Made by a program: the position numbers and the translations under genes. The notes beneath the pieces are model-generated. The model ran no database searches. It worked only from the letters and a program-made list of their open reading frames with translations, and had not been told where the DNA came from. A stretch of DNA of 64,000 nucleotides from contig JASANG010003696.1 of assembly GCA_030248215.1 (NCBI GenBank), positions 310,001-374,000 of the forward strand, read 5' to 3'. The DNA comes from Enoplolaimus lenunculus. Taxonomy: Eukaryota. Positions 12,801 to 25,575 of this stretch are shown here, piece after piece; position 1 is the first letter of the stretch; each line of letters begins with the position of its first letter.

Positions 12801-15800
12801 TGATACAAGCATCAACGGTAATCTTTAATTTTGAACAGTATTTGAATGTTGTTTTGGTACAGGGTTCCAACTGGAATTCTAACTCCGGTTTCACTTCCGG
12901 AAACATTTTGTCCCAAATCCCATTGCGGCCGAACGTGATTCCGACGCCGTTCTGGCAAGATAACCACAGTTTAATTTGACATATTTCATTTAGATTTGAG
13001 ACAATGGAAACAGAAAAAACCATAATATTACTAGCTATGTAATAAAATAATTATTATCTTACTTTCTACTCACTAAAATATGCTTAAAATCAATTAATAC
13101 TGTTGCCGAATAAAGTGCCGGTTTTACTTTACAAGGACGATTTGCAACGTTTTAGTTAATTTTAAGCAAACACAAAATTCTTAGCTTTACATTCACTTAA
13201 TGAATCAGGAAATGACAGCAGTAGTTTTGTTTTACTTCAGCAGATATTTGCACGATATTTAGTACACTTATACTTAAAAAAAGTTAGTGAACTGTAACTA
13301 AAGTATTTTAAGTAGGGTGTTTTTATAGAGTACGGTTAATAAATGAACCAATGCAAACAGGGTTACGATTCCAAACCAAGTTCCAGTTGGCATCCAATTT
13401 TATCTTTATCTGACAATGATTATAGATTGTGTTGTTTCTGATTGGAAAGTTAGTTTGAAAATAGTCGATCCGACAAATGCGTCAAGCGTTGTGGTTCACA
13501 AACATCGATATATCAAACAATATGCAACGAGTCCAAACGGAAAACAATGCAAAGATTTAAAGTTTAATATAACACTTGGCTGTGAAATGCCCAAATGTGG
13601 TGGTATGTTTAGCTAAACATTTCGGTGCAAACGGTACACGCGAAATAATACACAAAATTTCACTAGACGTGCCCAAAACCTCGGCCCGTATTCTGAAATG
13701 CGAATAGCATCAATCACCAGTTAGCGATAAGTTTTCAAACTGACTAATCTCTGCAATTTCGGACCTCAAAAGTGGTAGAGAAGTAAAGCAAATCAAACGC
13801 GAAACGATGTGTCGAATTTCAAACATCATCATGCGCTGGTTCCATAGTTACAAGACCAATCACCCACTAATGACAGGTGCTACGCACGTTTGATAAAAAG
13901 GGCACTCGGTCCCATGCGTCAATTTACTATATAATCGAGCTGTGACCATAAAAAGTCTTGTCGAAATGTAAATTGGTCACGATATGTGACCGGATGACCC
14001 ACCCCGTCCCCTGAGCAGTGAACCCACTGCTCAGGACTCAAGTAACTCATTAATATCATTTTTGCATAAATTGTTAGTTGTTAAAATTGGTGACGAAAAT
14101 GAGTTCACTTTGTAGAATCATAGGGACACGGTAGTGTCACTATTATATGTTTTTTCCAAAAGTGTTCACGTCTCTCTTATGTTTCTATCAAAAGTCTATT
14201 ATTTCTACTATTCTGTTTTGGTGGTATTTATATACAAACGTATGTCATTCAAGATCATGGCAACCGGTGTTCATGCGCTATATTTAAAGAAAAAAGTGTC
14301 GAAGTATTAAACGTAAACGTTTTCATAAGAATCGGAAGCGCAAAGTTTCCCCTTCGTATTTGGATTCAGATCTTGTCGCAAGGTGTTCTACAGAATCGTA
14401 GATTGTAACAATCCAATTTTTTATGTGCTACATAAGTTATCTCAACCATATACGTTAAGCTATTTATTTAACGAAAATACTATTGTTTAGTACGTATATA
14501 TGCGAAACATGTTAAGTGGACAATTACGAAAAACATTAGCTTATATATGATTACAAATTAGTAACATAGGTAGTTTTTTTATGTGTATTTTTTGCCAAGG
14601 CGCGTTTTTGAAAACGTAGACGTAACCTCAAGTTGTCGGAAACTGTTTATTTACGAGCTAGAACCTTATGGCTGCAAAGCTTTTCATTCCAAGTGGTGGT
14701 TCCTTAAAGTTTAACATTTTATTATATAAAACATACAAACCTTCTCCAAATTTGTGCAACGAATAACATTAGTAAAGCTTATATTTTGCGAATATGTGAA
14801 TGATAGAGACTCTTTATAGATGTGTGCGTGTTTTAATAATTTTTTTCGGTCATTCTTGAATCGTTAGCCATGCAAATATGAAAATAGTACCGTTGAACTC
14901 GGCTCGTCGAGATCTGTGTGACGCCGTGGTGGATGCAGGAATTTCAAAAGGATCGGTCGCTCAACGTATAATACTGCAAAAAAGACGAGAGCAAAGTCGA
15001 ACGCTAATTTAATGCTGAATCTAAATGCAAAACCTTTCTCTTGATTCAAGTTGTGGTGGTTCTGGTCGGAGTGGCACCCACTGCATCCGCCAGTGGTATG
15101 AGAGACACTTTTTATTTAATTCGTAGTAGGTGCCTAGATTTTACATTCGCGTGGGTTTTTTTCTAAACCTAGATTTACATTTAAGCTCAAAGTTTACGCG
15201 TAAAGTACAGATATCAGTTTTGATTTACTGCTCGATGTATTATTGGTAGCACCAAGTTGAGCACTGAAATGTCCAAAACTCGGTTTAGAATATTTGAAGA
15301 AATTTTGACGTGCAAAATTAACACCATTAATTTAATAAGGTTCCCAAAGCAAGCAGTCTCTTTCAAAAACGTGACGCTAGAACACAGCGGGCTCTCATTA
15401 TAGTATGAACCGGCCCAGATTTTTCAGGCCTACGCCCGGCCGCCTTTAGTTTTTCGTTTTCGAAAGAAAACAAGAATAAGTTACAAACCAAACCTTATAG
15501 TTGCGGATTCGCAGTTTTGGCTGGGATGGAATTGCATTATTAGAATTTCTTGCACAATTAAGACGAAACGAACAAAAGTGTGTTTCAAGCAATTTTCCAC
15601 GTCCGCATGTTGATGCAAATGCGTATTCAGCATGTTTCACAAAATATTTGTTGCAGCCATATTTTTAAATGCTGCGCATTCCAATTATATATTTAACGCA
15701 ATTCTTGTGTGCAATATAAAATTGAAAGTATCGGAATCAGTATTCTTCCAAAATACCGATTACAATACCGATACCGATGTATCGGTTCTACACTACTATG

Positions 15801-18800
15801 CAGCATAAAATCAGTTTTTACTAGAGCAAGTACTTATCAATTGAATTGATTTTCTATTTGAATTCAAACAATTTATATGAATTAAAATATATTAGCATTA
15901 TTAATAAATAAAAATGAAATTAGGAAAGCGCGACTTTTGTGATTGTGAAAATGCAGTTTTTAATTTTCATGGAAATATAGCTTACAGTTCTAAAACAATT
16001 ATAACGTGAGTATATATGACTTTAAATTTGACTTTTTCGCACTTAAGGCAAATTTACATCAAATTTCTTCCTAAAGCTTAGTAACTAGAATGAACAGTGC
16101 CCCGATGTGGCCATAGAAAACGATATGTTTCGGGTAGTAAGATTTTTAGTTCAATACCGCTAGTATTGCAATTTCCATGCATGCGTATAAAGTTTTAAAA
16201 CTAGATTTATTTGATGCCAATCAGCGTCCTCCCGAAATACGACACAATACTATAGAATTAATAAAAGTTAAATCATTGAGTTTGATTGACTGCGTAACGG
16301 AAACATATCCGCAACTTTTTCGGAGAAAAGTCACAATAGATAGTAACGTGTCCCGACGAGGCTATAGAAAACGATAACGCATCAAGTTTTGGAGCTGTAT
16401 AAATTTTGTACCGTACAGTGCCCTCTCCATACTTGGCTAAACGGTACCCAGATTTTAAACTTTTAAAACATTAAAATATTTGAGTGAGTACGTAGCGAAA
16501 CAATATTTGCAACTTTGCTGACGATATCTGCGTTGTATTCCAATGACGGCCATTGTAAAATCAGGGGCGGAACGTTTTTCTGCGGGACTAGAATAGAATA
16601 AGCTTAAGGTTTAGATTAATTTTTTGCTTGGCTTAGGCTTAGGATTATGCTCATTCTTACGCTTAGGTTTAGGCTTAGGAATATGCTCATACTAACGCTT
16701 ATGATTAGGATTAGGAATATGCTTATAATACTGATCCGCTCCTGTTCTTTATATTGAGCCAATTGACGAACAAACACGTTTTTAATATTGGGTCACCAGC
16801 ATTAAACGCTTAATTTCTACTTATATACTCTTTTTAAAACCCAAAATTTTTCTGCATATATTCGAAACTTCAGTTTACTAAGTGCAAGAAACTAATGTCA
16901 CGAGTGTGTACTCAAATTTTTTACATCAACCATAATTCGTCATTTATATTCTAGTATTTATTTCTTGTTTTAATATTTCGAAACAGTGGATCACATGTCT
17001 ATTTGGCCGCTGTCACAGTAAGTTGCGGATATGTTTCCGTTACGCAGTCAATCAAACTCAATGATTTAACTTTTATTAATTCTATAGTATTGTGTCGTAT
17101 TTCGGGAGGACGCTGATTGGCATCAAATAAGTCTAGTTTTAAAACTTTATACGCATGCATGGAAATTGTAATACTAGCGGTATTGAACTAAAAATCTTAC
17201 TACCCGAAACATATCGTTTTCTATGGCCACATCGGGGCACTTTTAATTCTAGTAGAATAGTGTGCATTCCCAACACAATCAGTTGTACTTGAAAAGGCAC
17301 AAGCGCCAGGTCAAAATGACGGTGGGTTACAAACGAAAGCTTAAACTGGCTACACCCCCGTTCACAAACGTTTGTATCACAAATTGCGGCCAATGTAAAA
17401 GAATATGGGCTGAACAGTATTTTAAGCATATCTAACCCTAAGCCTAAGCCTAAGCGTAAACATGAGCATATTCCTAAGCGTAAGCCTCGACCTAAGCCTA
17501 AGCCAAGCAAAAAGAATTAGTCTAGAGCTTAAGCTTACTCTATTCTAGTCGCACAGAAAAACGTTCTGCCCCTGATCTTTACATGGGCCCGAATTACAAA
17601 CAGTAAACCAAAATTACGTTGAATGGTAGCGCTAAGGGAAATATCACTTCCTTGGGCACATTTCCAAGCCTAAGCCTAACCAAAACCGTTTAATTCAAAG
17701 CATCAACTTGCTCTATTGTAGTGTCGCGGAAACGAGGGACGCCTGTAAATGTAACATCGGTCAAAATTATCACTTTTGTTTAAAATCTTTAAATTTTTTA
17801 TACAGAATATTGCGAACGCGGTGAATGGAATACGTGGAGCAATTGCAAGTGTGGTTCGTCTCGTGAAGAAAATTCGAACGAATCAACCCGAATTCGAATT
17901 CTGTATCCAAAAGTTGCAAATGGTTGTCATTTTTTCGACCGGAAACAATCTGAGACGTGCAGCATTCGATGTAAACGAGAGTCAACAGGTAAGTCACATA
18001 TTTTAAAATCTACCAATTTTCTAGCTTTGTTATTAGGTTATTCTTCCAGCTGGCGTTGGCTCAAAATAGGCTTGATTTTAAGAAATTTTTCATATTTCAA
18101 CTTCGAATGACCTCTATTGATTATTTTACACTCAAATATAAATTTTGAAAAATTCAGTAAGTATTAATCAACTCAACTCGTGAGCTTAAAGCGACCAAGA
18201 AGCCAAACGCAATTTTAACATTTGTTTTTGTGTTTCTAATTGAAATTAATATTTTAGTATTGTTGTAGGATTTATCAATGATCAACAAGCGAAATTACAG
18301 TCCGCCAAAACGACAGATTCTGCAGGTAAATTTCAGAATTTTTCAAAAAAATCACAAAACAGGTATATGATGCTGCTTTAACTGAGATTAATGGCAACCG
18401 CAGAACAGATGTCTTGCCTGATTTTGTGTGTTCGACGAATTTGCATTTGTTGTATTTGCGTCATAATTTTGGCGAAAGTTGCTATGTTACAAATTTAGTT
18501 TTACCTGATTCTCAAATACGAAAAAATAAAACCACATAATAGTACATCGAATATTTACCTTCATCGTGTGTCAACTTCGGTCTCTCATGAGAACGCAAGC
18601 CTCATGAAACTCAGAAATCCGCTACTACAGAGAGCGCACCTTGGTACAGCAGTTGATCTAGAAATTCTTGGAAAAAGGCATAGTACACTGCAAAAAATGG
18701 TGTGTCAAATTGACTCTGTCTGAAATAGGCTTTTCCGGACTACACAAACTGAGTCAAAATTCTACTCCGCCAGAGTCAAACGTGCGACTCAGTGAGTCGA

Positions 18801-20229
18801 ATTTGAATCTGGCGAAGTTGAATTTGACTCAGTTTTCGCGGGGTTCATGCTATAACCGGGGCAAGCGGACACGGTTTGTCCCATGTTGATTCGACATCAA
18901 CGTTAAAATTCGAGCTTTTATATCGGGTCAACAGGCTAAACTCGAATGTCATATTACATTAGTTACAAACCGCCGCTCCCAAATGATCAATGTGTACAAG
19001 GGACGGTATGCCACGTGATACTGTGAAACATTTATGCGAATATCATATGATATTCCAAATTTGCAACGAATATCATATGATATTTAGCGGGACAGTGTAA
19101 CCTTTGGGTACTAATAAATGAATGAAAAGTTGGACGGTAGTGGTACAAATGAGCTTTAAATACCAAATACACGCCTGCTACTCGTTTCTACACAAAATCG
19201 CATAAAACCACAGCTTTATAATCTGAAAATTCAAATTTAAAATTCTAGTATCATATGATATTCAACAGGACAATTTGGGTATGTTACCTCAAGTATGCAG
19301 ACATTTGAAAATATATCATATGATATTCGCAGACAATACCTCGAATATAATATGATATTGAAGAACAAGAGGTGACCCACACATGTTAATAGTAGACAAA
19401 TACGAAATTTTGAATGCGATATAGGTTCTATATGCAGACAAAATGTTACCCAATGGTCTAATAGGGACAAAACGTGTCCCACGCTGCCCCGGTTATAACG
19501 TTAACCCCGCATGTATAGTCTACAAAAGCCTATTTCGGAGTAGAGAACTCACCAGCGCGAAGAATAACGCGTTTTTTGAATGACAATAAAGAATAACGCG
19601 TTTTTTGAATGACAATAAAGCAAAAATTTGTTAAGCAGGAACCGAACAATTGTTTATTAAAATGTTTTGACAAGTAAACGTCTGCCGCCGCTGTTGTCCT
19701 TTTGAGAGAGTCAGTCTGTATGGAGCACTGTGGGTATTTTGGGGGGCTTTGTTTTAACGGCACTTTCATCATACCGCAGGCACCCAAATTGCAGCGTGCT
19801 GTGACCAACGATAGTTGAACTTTATTTGTGTCAAAAAAATAAAAAAACAGCTGTTGGCGTTTTGAAACCATATTCAGGAAAACGTTTTGACAGATGCTGT
19901 TTAAAACGCGAAAAGCATTTAAAATAGCGTTTTATTTTTGACACTTAAATACATTTGCAGGATCCCAAACGGCAACTGCAATAGTTATAGTAGCGTTGGT
20001 GGCGATCGCTGTGGTGGGGTTCGGTGCAGGGTTGACATTCTTGTGGTTTCGCAAACGACGCAAAAACACGGCAACCCAACAAGGCAGTTCAACAGCTGAA
20101 ATTGGCCAATCAGCACTGGAAATTGTTCCATTAAACATCAACCGCAATGAAGAAAACAAAGAATCATTGGCGGATGTTGACGTTGACAGCGTTATGCCGG
20201 ATCCTCGCGATTACAGGGGGACGTCATAG
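3835..20229 (+). CDS. Type-I transmembrane protein with four TSP1 repeats (spliced; first exon(s)/start codon not resolved, probably about 2.4-2.7 kb)
   Basis: Phase-consistent GT-AG exons 3835-3902, 4181-4259, 8420-8490, 10640-10828 ([18 protein letters not shown]), 12395-12568 ([15 protein letters not shown]), 13426-13602 (CVVSDW, divergent TSP1), 17806-17988 ([18 protein letters not shown]), 18269-18325, 19961-20229 ([26 protein letters not shown] followed by RKRRK, stop TAG). AATAAA at about 20325 and 20379. Confidence 0.85.
6708..7682. repeat. 119-bp tandem satellite, about 8 copies, central copies essentially identical
   Basis: GAAAATTGAATTAATAACAAATTTTAC recurs at 6841, 6960, 7079, 7198, 7317, 7436. 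Confidence 0.92.
7962..8164 (+). mobile_element. Telomere-repeat MITE family B
   Basis: GGCCACTGTTACTTTAAGG...CTTTAAAGTAACATGGG; GCCTAA array. Confidence 0.75.
8520..9260. repeat. Cluster of a dispersed repeat family (ACAAGAGTGTGCAACTGGGTACATT core)
   Basis: Same core in both orientations here and at about 4495-4830, 45120-45475, 50490-50870, 51135-51345. Confidence 0.7.
9557..9628. repeat. (TTG)n/(CAA)n microsatellite, possibly a retroposon tail
   Basis: Direct reading. Confidence 0.9.
10360..10592 (+). mobile_element. Telomere-repeat MITE family B (with an embedded family A end)
   Basis: TIR GGCCAATGTTACTTTTTAAGGGGCGT...ACGCCCCTTAAAGTAAACATGGGCC; TSD AGTATTTT/AGTATTGA. Confidence 0.8.
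10907..11441 (+). repeat. 24-bp minisatellite of telomere-like hexamers (TTAGGA TTAGGC TCGGAT TCAGGC), about 22 units
   Basis: Direct tandem array; it explains the repetitive [14 protein letters not shown] ORFs. Confidence 0.92.
11615..11820 (-). mobile_element. Telomere-repeat MITE family A
   Basis: GGTCCATGTAAAGATCAG...CTTTACATTGGCC with TTAGGC array. Confidence 0.8.
16084..17253. mobile_element. Foldback-like element with inverted arms of about 235 bp
   Basis: 16097-16318 is the near-perfect reverse complement of 17019-17240; the match extends imperfectly to ACTAGAAT/ATTCTAGT. Confidence 0.85.
16548..16760 (-). mobile_element. Telomere-repeat MITE family A, nested in a foldback element
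   Basis: Family A termini and TTAGGC array. Confidence 0.75.
17388..17589 (+). mobile_element. Telomere-repeat MITE family A
   Basis: GGCCAATGT...ACATGGGCC, TSD CAAATTGC/CGAATTAC, GCCTAA array. Confidence 0.8.
18837..19511. mobile_element. TIR element related to 26782-27076
   Basis: TIR of about 50 bp, GCGGGGTTCATGCTATAACCGGGGCA / TGCCCCGGTTATAACGTTAACCCCGC. Confidence 0.7.
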
Positions 20230-21099
20230 TTTACTACTGAATGTCGTCCGATACCGTGCGGTATTGATAATTCGACCCATGTTAATACGCTGTCGGGACG
20301 GCCGTCAGCCTAACAAGGACAATTAATAAACAATGAATTGCCGCATGGCACCACTCAGTAACAATTTGTATGTATATAAATAAAAATGTTTTGACTCTGT
20401 AAATCACCTAGATTAAACTTTCAAAATTCGGTTCTACAATGTATAATTCAACGAAATTTGGCAGTCTACGACGATTTGCAGGTTTGGTACAGGGGAGGTA
20501 TTCCAGGAAATTTATTTTATTAAAAATCGGCACTTTTCCAGCCTTTACCATTTATACGTTTTGTTTTATGTTATCCTTCAAAATAAGGTTTTGCTTACAA
20601 CATTGCGTCTTGAAAACTGAACGTGTGTCCTCTCCGTTTCCGCAATCTGGCAGGGTCAACCTTGGTTGGCGGAAAGATTAGTCCTACGGTCCGTGGAGAG
20701 GCCAGCCCGCCGGAGTGCGTTCTGGCATGACTCCTGTTGGTCTCTTATCTGGGCAGACGACGCGCGCCCTTGCAAAACCGTCGAAGGCGTGATAAATATG
20801 CGAACGGTGAAAAAACCTTACCTCTGTGTAAAGACACGTATAATATTGGCTCATGGAACATCAGAACGTTACTTAAAAACGGGAATGAGGAACTTCTATG
20901 TAGATCCCTTGGTAATCGCCGCATACATGTAGCTGCCGGATCGGAACTACGACTGGCGAAAACTGGTATTATTACTATCACCTCACCGCAAAATATTAAA
21001 TTGGTCACATTCCCGGGTGGAAAAAAATTCAAACGAAAACACGGTAACAGATACATCGGAAAAAACTACAGATTCATACCACCAAAAAGCCGCAATGTT

Positions 21100-21650
21100 A
21101 CCCTGCTATCCTCCTCGGAAGCTCCTGTACACCACATTTACACCCAGCCAATGCCCTTTCAAAAATATCACGACCTATTAAATATTGAGACTCAGAAATT
21201 TAAAATTCTACGAATATACTATAAATAAATCTTTATAAATCGGAGCCACATATTTTTGGTACTACACTACTTAAACAATAAGCACTCAAAAACGGGAATC
21301 GATTCCGTAAATAACGTACTTAGTATGATCAAATTCACACAATGCGACAACATTAACTAAATGAGTTACCGAAATTTATGCCATCATTATTGCACTGACC
21401 CCCAAGAACAATCCTTAAAAATTCCTAATCTTGCCGACATTAGGTCATCTCAGACCCTAAAAACCGCTGTTTTATATTTTCAGCCAGCCATCAATGTTTA
21501 AAAATAAATTGACCAACAATTCATCATGGTTTCGAACAAATTAAATAACATCAAAACGATCAAAGTTGCTCTTGGTAGATACAATATACGTTTCGCAGCA
21601 GTGCAAAATTCACCAGAATATCTAAAAACACAGTATGCAGCAATGGCATA
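21100..21650 (+). mobile_element. Possible decayed CR1/L2-type LINE 3' fragment inside the RTE endonuclease region
   Basis: An insert of about 1 kb (about 21010-22010) separates APE motifs; fragments ALSKISRPI and LGRYNIRFAAVQNSPEYLKT resemble CR1/L2 RT C-terminal motifs. Very degenerate. Confidence 0.35.
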
Positions 21651-23628
21651 AAAAAATTATTTTCAAGCAGGGCAATTCGAGGCACAAACTGGGAAATAGC
21701 AGACTCAAGAATCTTGAACTTAAGCGTAAGCTAAGCTAAAAGAACAAGAAGTCTAAGCCTAAACCTAAGCTTAAGTGCCACTGCGTAACTTATGATTACA
21801 TACACTTACACGTAAATGTACCTACACCATTACCTTAACATGCAACTGAACCTAAATGGCGAAACCAAAAAATCCTGCCATATAGCAGGACTAATCCAGA
21901 GGTGATTTTATACAAAAAACTTTTGTCAACTTATACCAAATTAAACATTAGTTTTAAGTGACTTTATCGGTCACTTAATATGCGCTTTTTGACACCTTCA
22001 CACTATTTTCTGGTGCAGAAACGACGGGTTAACAGGATTAGGTATTGCGATTTGCACATAACTGTTTCCGTCATGAGATGGTCCCATGTAAGCTCACTAT
22101 TGGTCTACACGCGACTCCGTGCAAAACCTTTCAATCTTTCGATCATCTCTGCTTTCGGCCCAACTAATCAACCAGTCGATGTGAAAGACAACGTTGTGGA
22201 GGAACTAACGGAACTCATTTCTGGTATTCCTCGTAATGATCTGCCTACTGTCTGTGGTGATTTCACCGCGCAAATAGGGCCCCGTCGGTGCGGCGAAGAA
22301 ACTGTAACACGGTTATTCACTAACACAACCTGCATTGACAATGCTAATCGATTACTGGCGCTAGCAGAGACGCAGGAAATGTTTCTGGTTAACACTGTCT
22401 TTCGGCACACTATCCGGCAGTATCAAAACTGGCGTTGACTTACAGGCAGATATTTCCAGCTTGATCACATTCTTATCAACAGGAAAATTGGAAAAACCTC
22501 CTGCCGAGCGACCATAGCATTGTGCAGATGATGGTGTGGATAAAATTGGAACGTACACATTATTACAAAAAGCAGCGACCAATCCGACTGCTCTGTATCC
22601 TCATTAAGAACGGCACTGCCCGTGAAGAGACGAGATAAACGTGTTCGCTGGCTAGAAAATTCTACAATAAGTCAAGCAGCAAAATTGAGTCGCAGTTACA
22701 ACAACTCAACAAGATCATGAGTCATCCACATTATACTGTCTACGCAATTTGAAAGGGACTAAGGACAATGTAGGCACTGTCTGGACACATGTCTGACAAT
22801 ACGTGTTCCTTCGAACAGACCCTGTGTAATCGCTAAACAAAGTTCCTTCGGCCAAACTTTGTTATGAAATAAGCCGCGTCCCTTCCGACAGACTCTGGAA
22901 AAATCAGTTGTCCTTTAAATAATGTATGGACAATTTAGCATGGGTATGGACGGCAACGTGACTAGGCATAGGTCGTTTTGAGAGAGTGCGAGATGTCAGC
23001 AGGGTCTACACAGGATATGAGTGACATTTGGGCATGTATTTTGGAAACAATGAAATTACAGACTTAGGGGCTCGTATGTGGGGACAATTTTTCACAGTAG
23101 CGTAATAACGTTGATGACCCATCAATATTGAAAACGAAGTTTGAACGGTATAAAAAATGATAAAATCAGTTTAAAGCAATTGCAACTGAGCTAAATCGTG
23201 TTGTTTAAATAAATGACCAGCACAGATTATACAAACTTATTCGACAGTGTTCACAACCACCGTTGGCAACTCGAGGCAGAAAATATGTATGTCTCTGAAG
23301 TAGCATAAGTAGAACGCTGGAGGGAACATTCTGAGCAACTGCATAACAAGCCTCTGCCGGACAACCCAATATGCGACGAGGAGCTGAGCTTTAGTGGCTT
23401 CTACACAGCTGACAACAGCGATCCGCCAACGCTGAGCGAAGTTCAGAAGCAGTGAATAATCTTCGCAATTGTAAAGCTTCTGGCATAGATGACAATCCAT
23501 CAGACTGTTTCAAGCACTCAAATGCACTGATCCTGCAACTTCATAGCTTGTTGTGGGAAATTTGGGAATCCGAGTCTATCCCGATTTTCTGGCGAACTGC
23601 CATCATACTGCCTTTCTATAAAACAGGC

Positions 23629-23837
23629 GGCCAATGCAAAGAACAGTGTCGGCACAGTACTATAAGTATATTCCTATGCTTTTCATAATTCTAAGCGTAA
23701 GCCTAAGCGTAAGAATAAGCATATTCCAAAGCCTAAGCCTAAGCCTAAGTCTAAGCCAGGGAAAAAATTAGTCAAAATCTTAAGCTTACTCTATTGTCCC
23801 ACATAAAATGTTTCGGCCAGTGATCTTTACATGGCCC
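23629..23837 (+). mobile_element. Telomere-repeat MITE family A inserted in the LINE RT region
   Basis: TSD AAACAGGC/AAAAAGGC; removing it restores PFYKTGDRSSCSNYR. Confidence 0.88.
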
Positions 23838-24924
23838 AAAAAGGCGATAGATCCAGTTGCTCGAATTATCGCGATATATCGCTACTATATTTTGCTTTTA
23901 AAATACTTTACGCCATCATTGCAAATAGATTCAAAAATGAAAGAAAACATTCGAACGAGAGCAACAATGCGTATTTCGAGCAGGGCGTAGCACAATCGAT
24001 CAAATTTTGACTAGGTGCATTCTCCTGGAATTCCGGCGCGAGCACTGCCAGCCTGTGGCATTAGCGTTTGTTGACTTCAAAGCTGCATTGGACTCAGTAT
24101 ATCGCGGGTCCCTGTATATGATTATGGCCGCTGACGGTATTCCTTCAAAACTAATGTCGCTTATTAGAGCCATCTTTAAGCCACCGTACGTTTGTATGCG
24201 TGTCAACGATACGCTGCTGCAATTACCTTTCGAGATCAAGTTCGGTGTGAAACACGGTTCAATATTGTCACCCACAGTGTTCAACTATGTGATAACCTGG
24301 GTTATGGAAACAGCTCTGAAAGCCAACGACGGTGTTCAGCACAGAATGTCTGATACATTCCCAGATGCAGCATGACAGCTAAGCGCGTGGGCCTCAACAT
24401 CAATGACACTAAAATAAAGGTAACGACCTGCTGCATAAACCAGCCATCGGACATCGTGCTTAACGGCAAAGCGCTCCAACGTGTACAGAATTTCTGCAAT
24501 CTCCTAACTGTTTTATAACATGTATTGGTTCGTCAGAAGGCGAAGTAACTAATCGCTTAAACTGTGCACGGAGTGCATTCAGCGCGTTAAGAAAGCTTTG
24601 GCGCGCTGAAGACATCTTGTTGAACACAAAACTTAACATTTATAACGCCGCAATCAGACCAGTATTGCTGTACGGTTGTGGCACGCGGTCCATGAAGTAG
24701 AGTTATTTTCAACAAATCAACGTTTTTGAAAACTACTGCCGTAGGCGTATACTCGGTGTGACCAAATTTGATAATGTCAACAATGAAGACTTACAGAAAA
24801 TGGTCGGAAACCTTGCACCACTATATGATCATACTGGTTTCGGTTGCACACGAATTGTCCGCCGTTTATTTTTTCTATGAACACAATAGAGTATCGCAGT
24901 AAACTGTGAGCAGGCATAATTTTA

Positions 24925-25575
24925 GTTAGCTACCGCGTCCATACAAAGTTTTCGTTTTCCACGAAATCTCGACATATAGTTTCCGTTTTAAAAAATGTCC
25001 GCACACCAAAAGTAAGAGCTATATTAAAAATTTCCAGCCAAAAGTTGAATTTTGTTCTCGAAATTTGAATTTTCCCGCCAAAATTTTGAATTTTCCCGCC
25101 AAAGTTTGAATTTTCCCGCCAAAAATTTAATTTTACGCCAAAATTTGAATTTTCTGCCAAAAATTTATTTTCCTGCCAAAATTTCAATTTCCCGCCAAAA
25201 ATTGAATTTTCCCGCCATAATTTGTATTTTCAAGCCAAAATTTGAATTTTCCGCCAAAATGTGAATTTTCCCGCCGTAATTTGAATTTCCCGCAAAAAAT
25301 TTGAATTTCTCTCAAGATTTAAATTACCCGCCAAACTTTGAATTGTCCGCCAAAAAATTAATTTCCCTGGCAAAATTTAATTTTCCCGTCAAAAATATTG
25401 TGGAAAAGACACGCATTAAACTGACATCTTTCTGTTCTTTCGAATATGTCAAATATTTTATATTTGCTTCCGAACGTATTTTATTCAGTTGTCCGGACAT
25501 AATTTTTTAGAATTCTATGGCGTCCAGTACTAGCTATGCATGCTACCGCGGACGGCGTAGCTTGTCCGGTTAACG
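24925..25575. mobile_element. Non-autonomous element (Helitron/Helentron-like) containing a 20-bp tandem array AATTTGAATTTTCCCGCCAA (about 25030-25395)
   Basis: The tandem array is clear. Flanking imperfect inverted motifs AGCTACCGCGTCC / GGACGGCGTAGCT suggest subterminal IRs. Confidence 0.55.

Larger units (their letters stand above)
20620..24860 (+). mobile_element. Degenerate RTE-like non-LTR retrotransposon (APE endonuclease + reverse transcriptase), interrupted by insertions
   Basis: APE motifs NIGSWNIRTL (about 20820), SELRL, SIISAFGPT, GDFTAQIG, QLDHIL; RT motifs KASGIDD, PFYK[MITE]GDRSSCSNYRDISLL, AFVDFKAALDSV, GVKHGSILSPTVFN, GLNIN..KIK, IRPVLLYGC. Many stops and frameshifts. Confidence 0.88.

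Noticed and set aside
17776..18006. Track ORF MFKIFKFF...
   Set aside because: Wrong frame; the spliced phase-1 frame encodes the TSP1 repeat.
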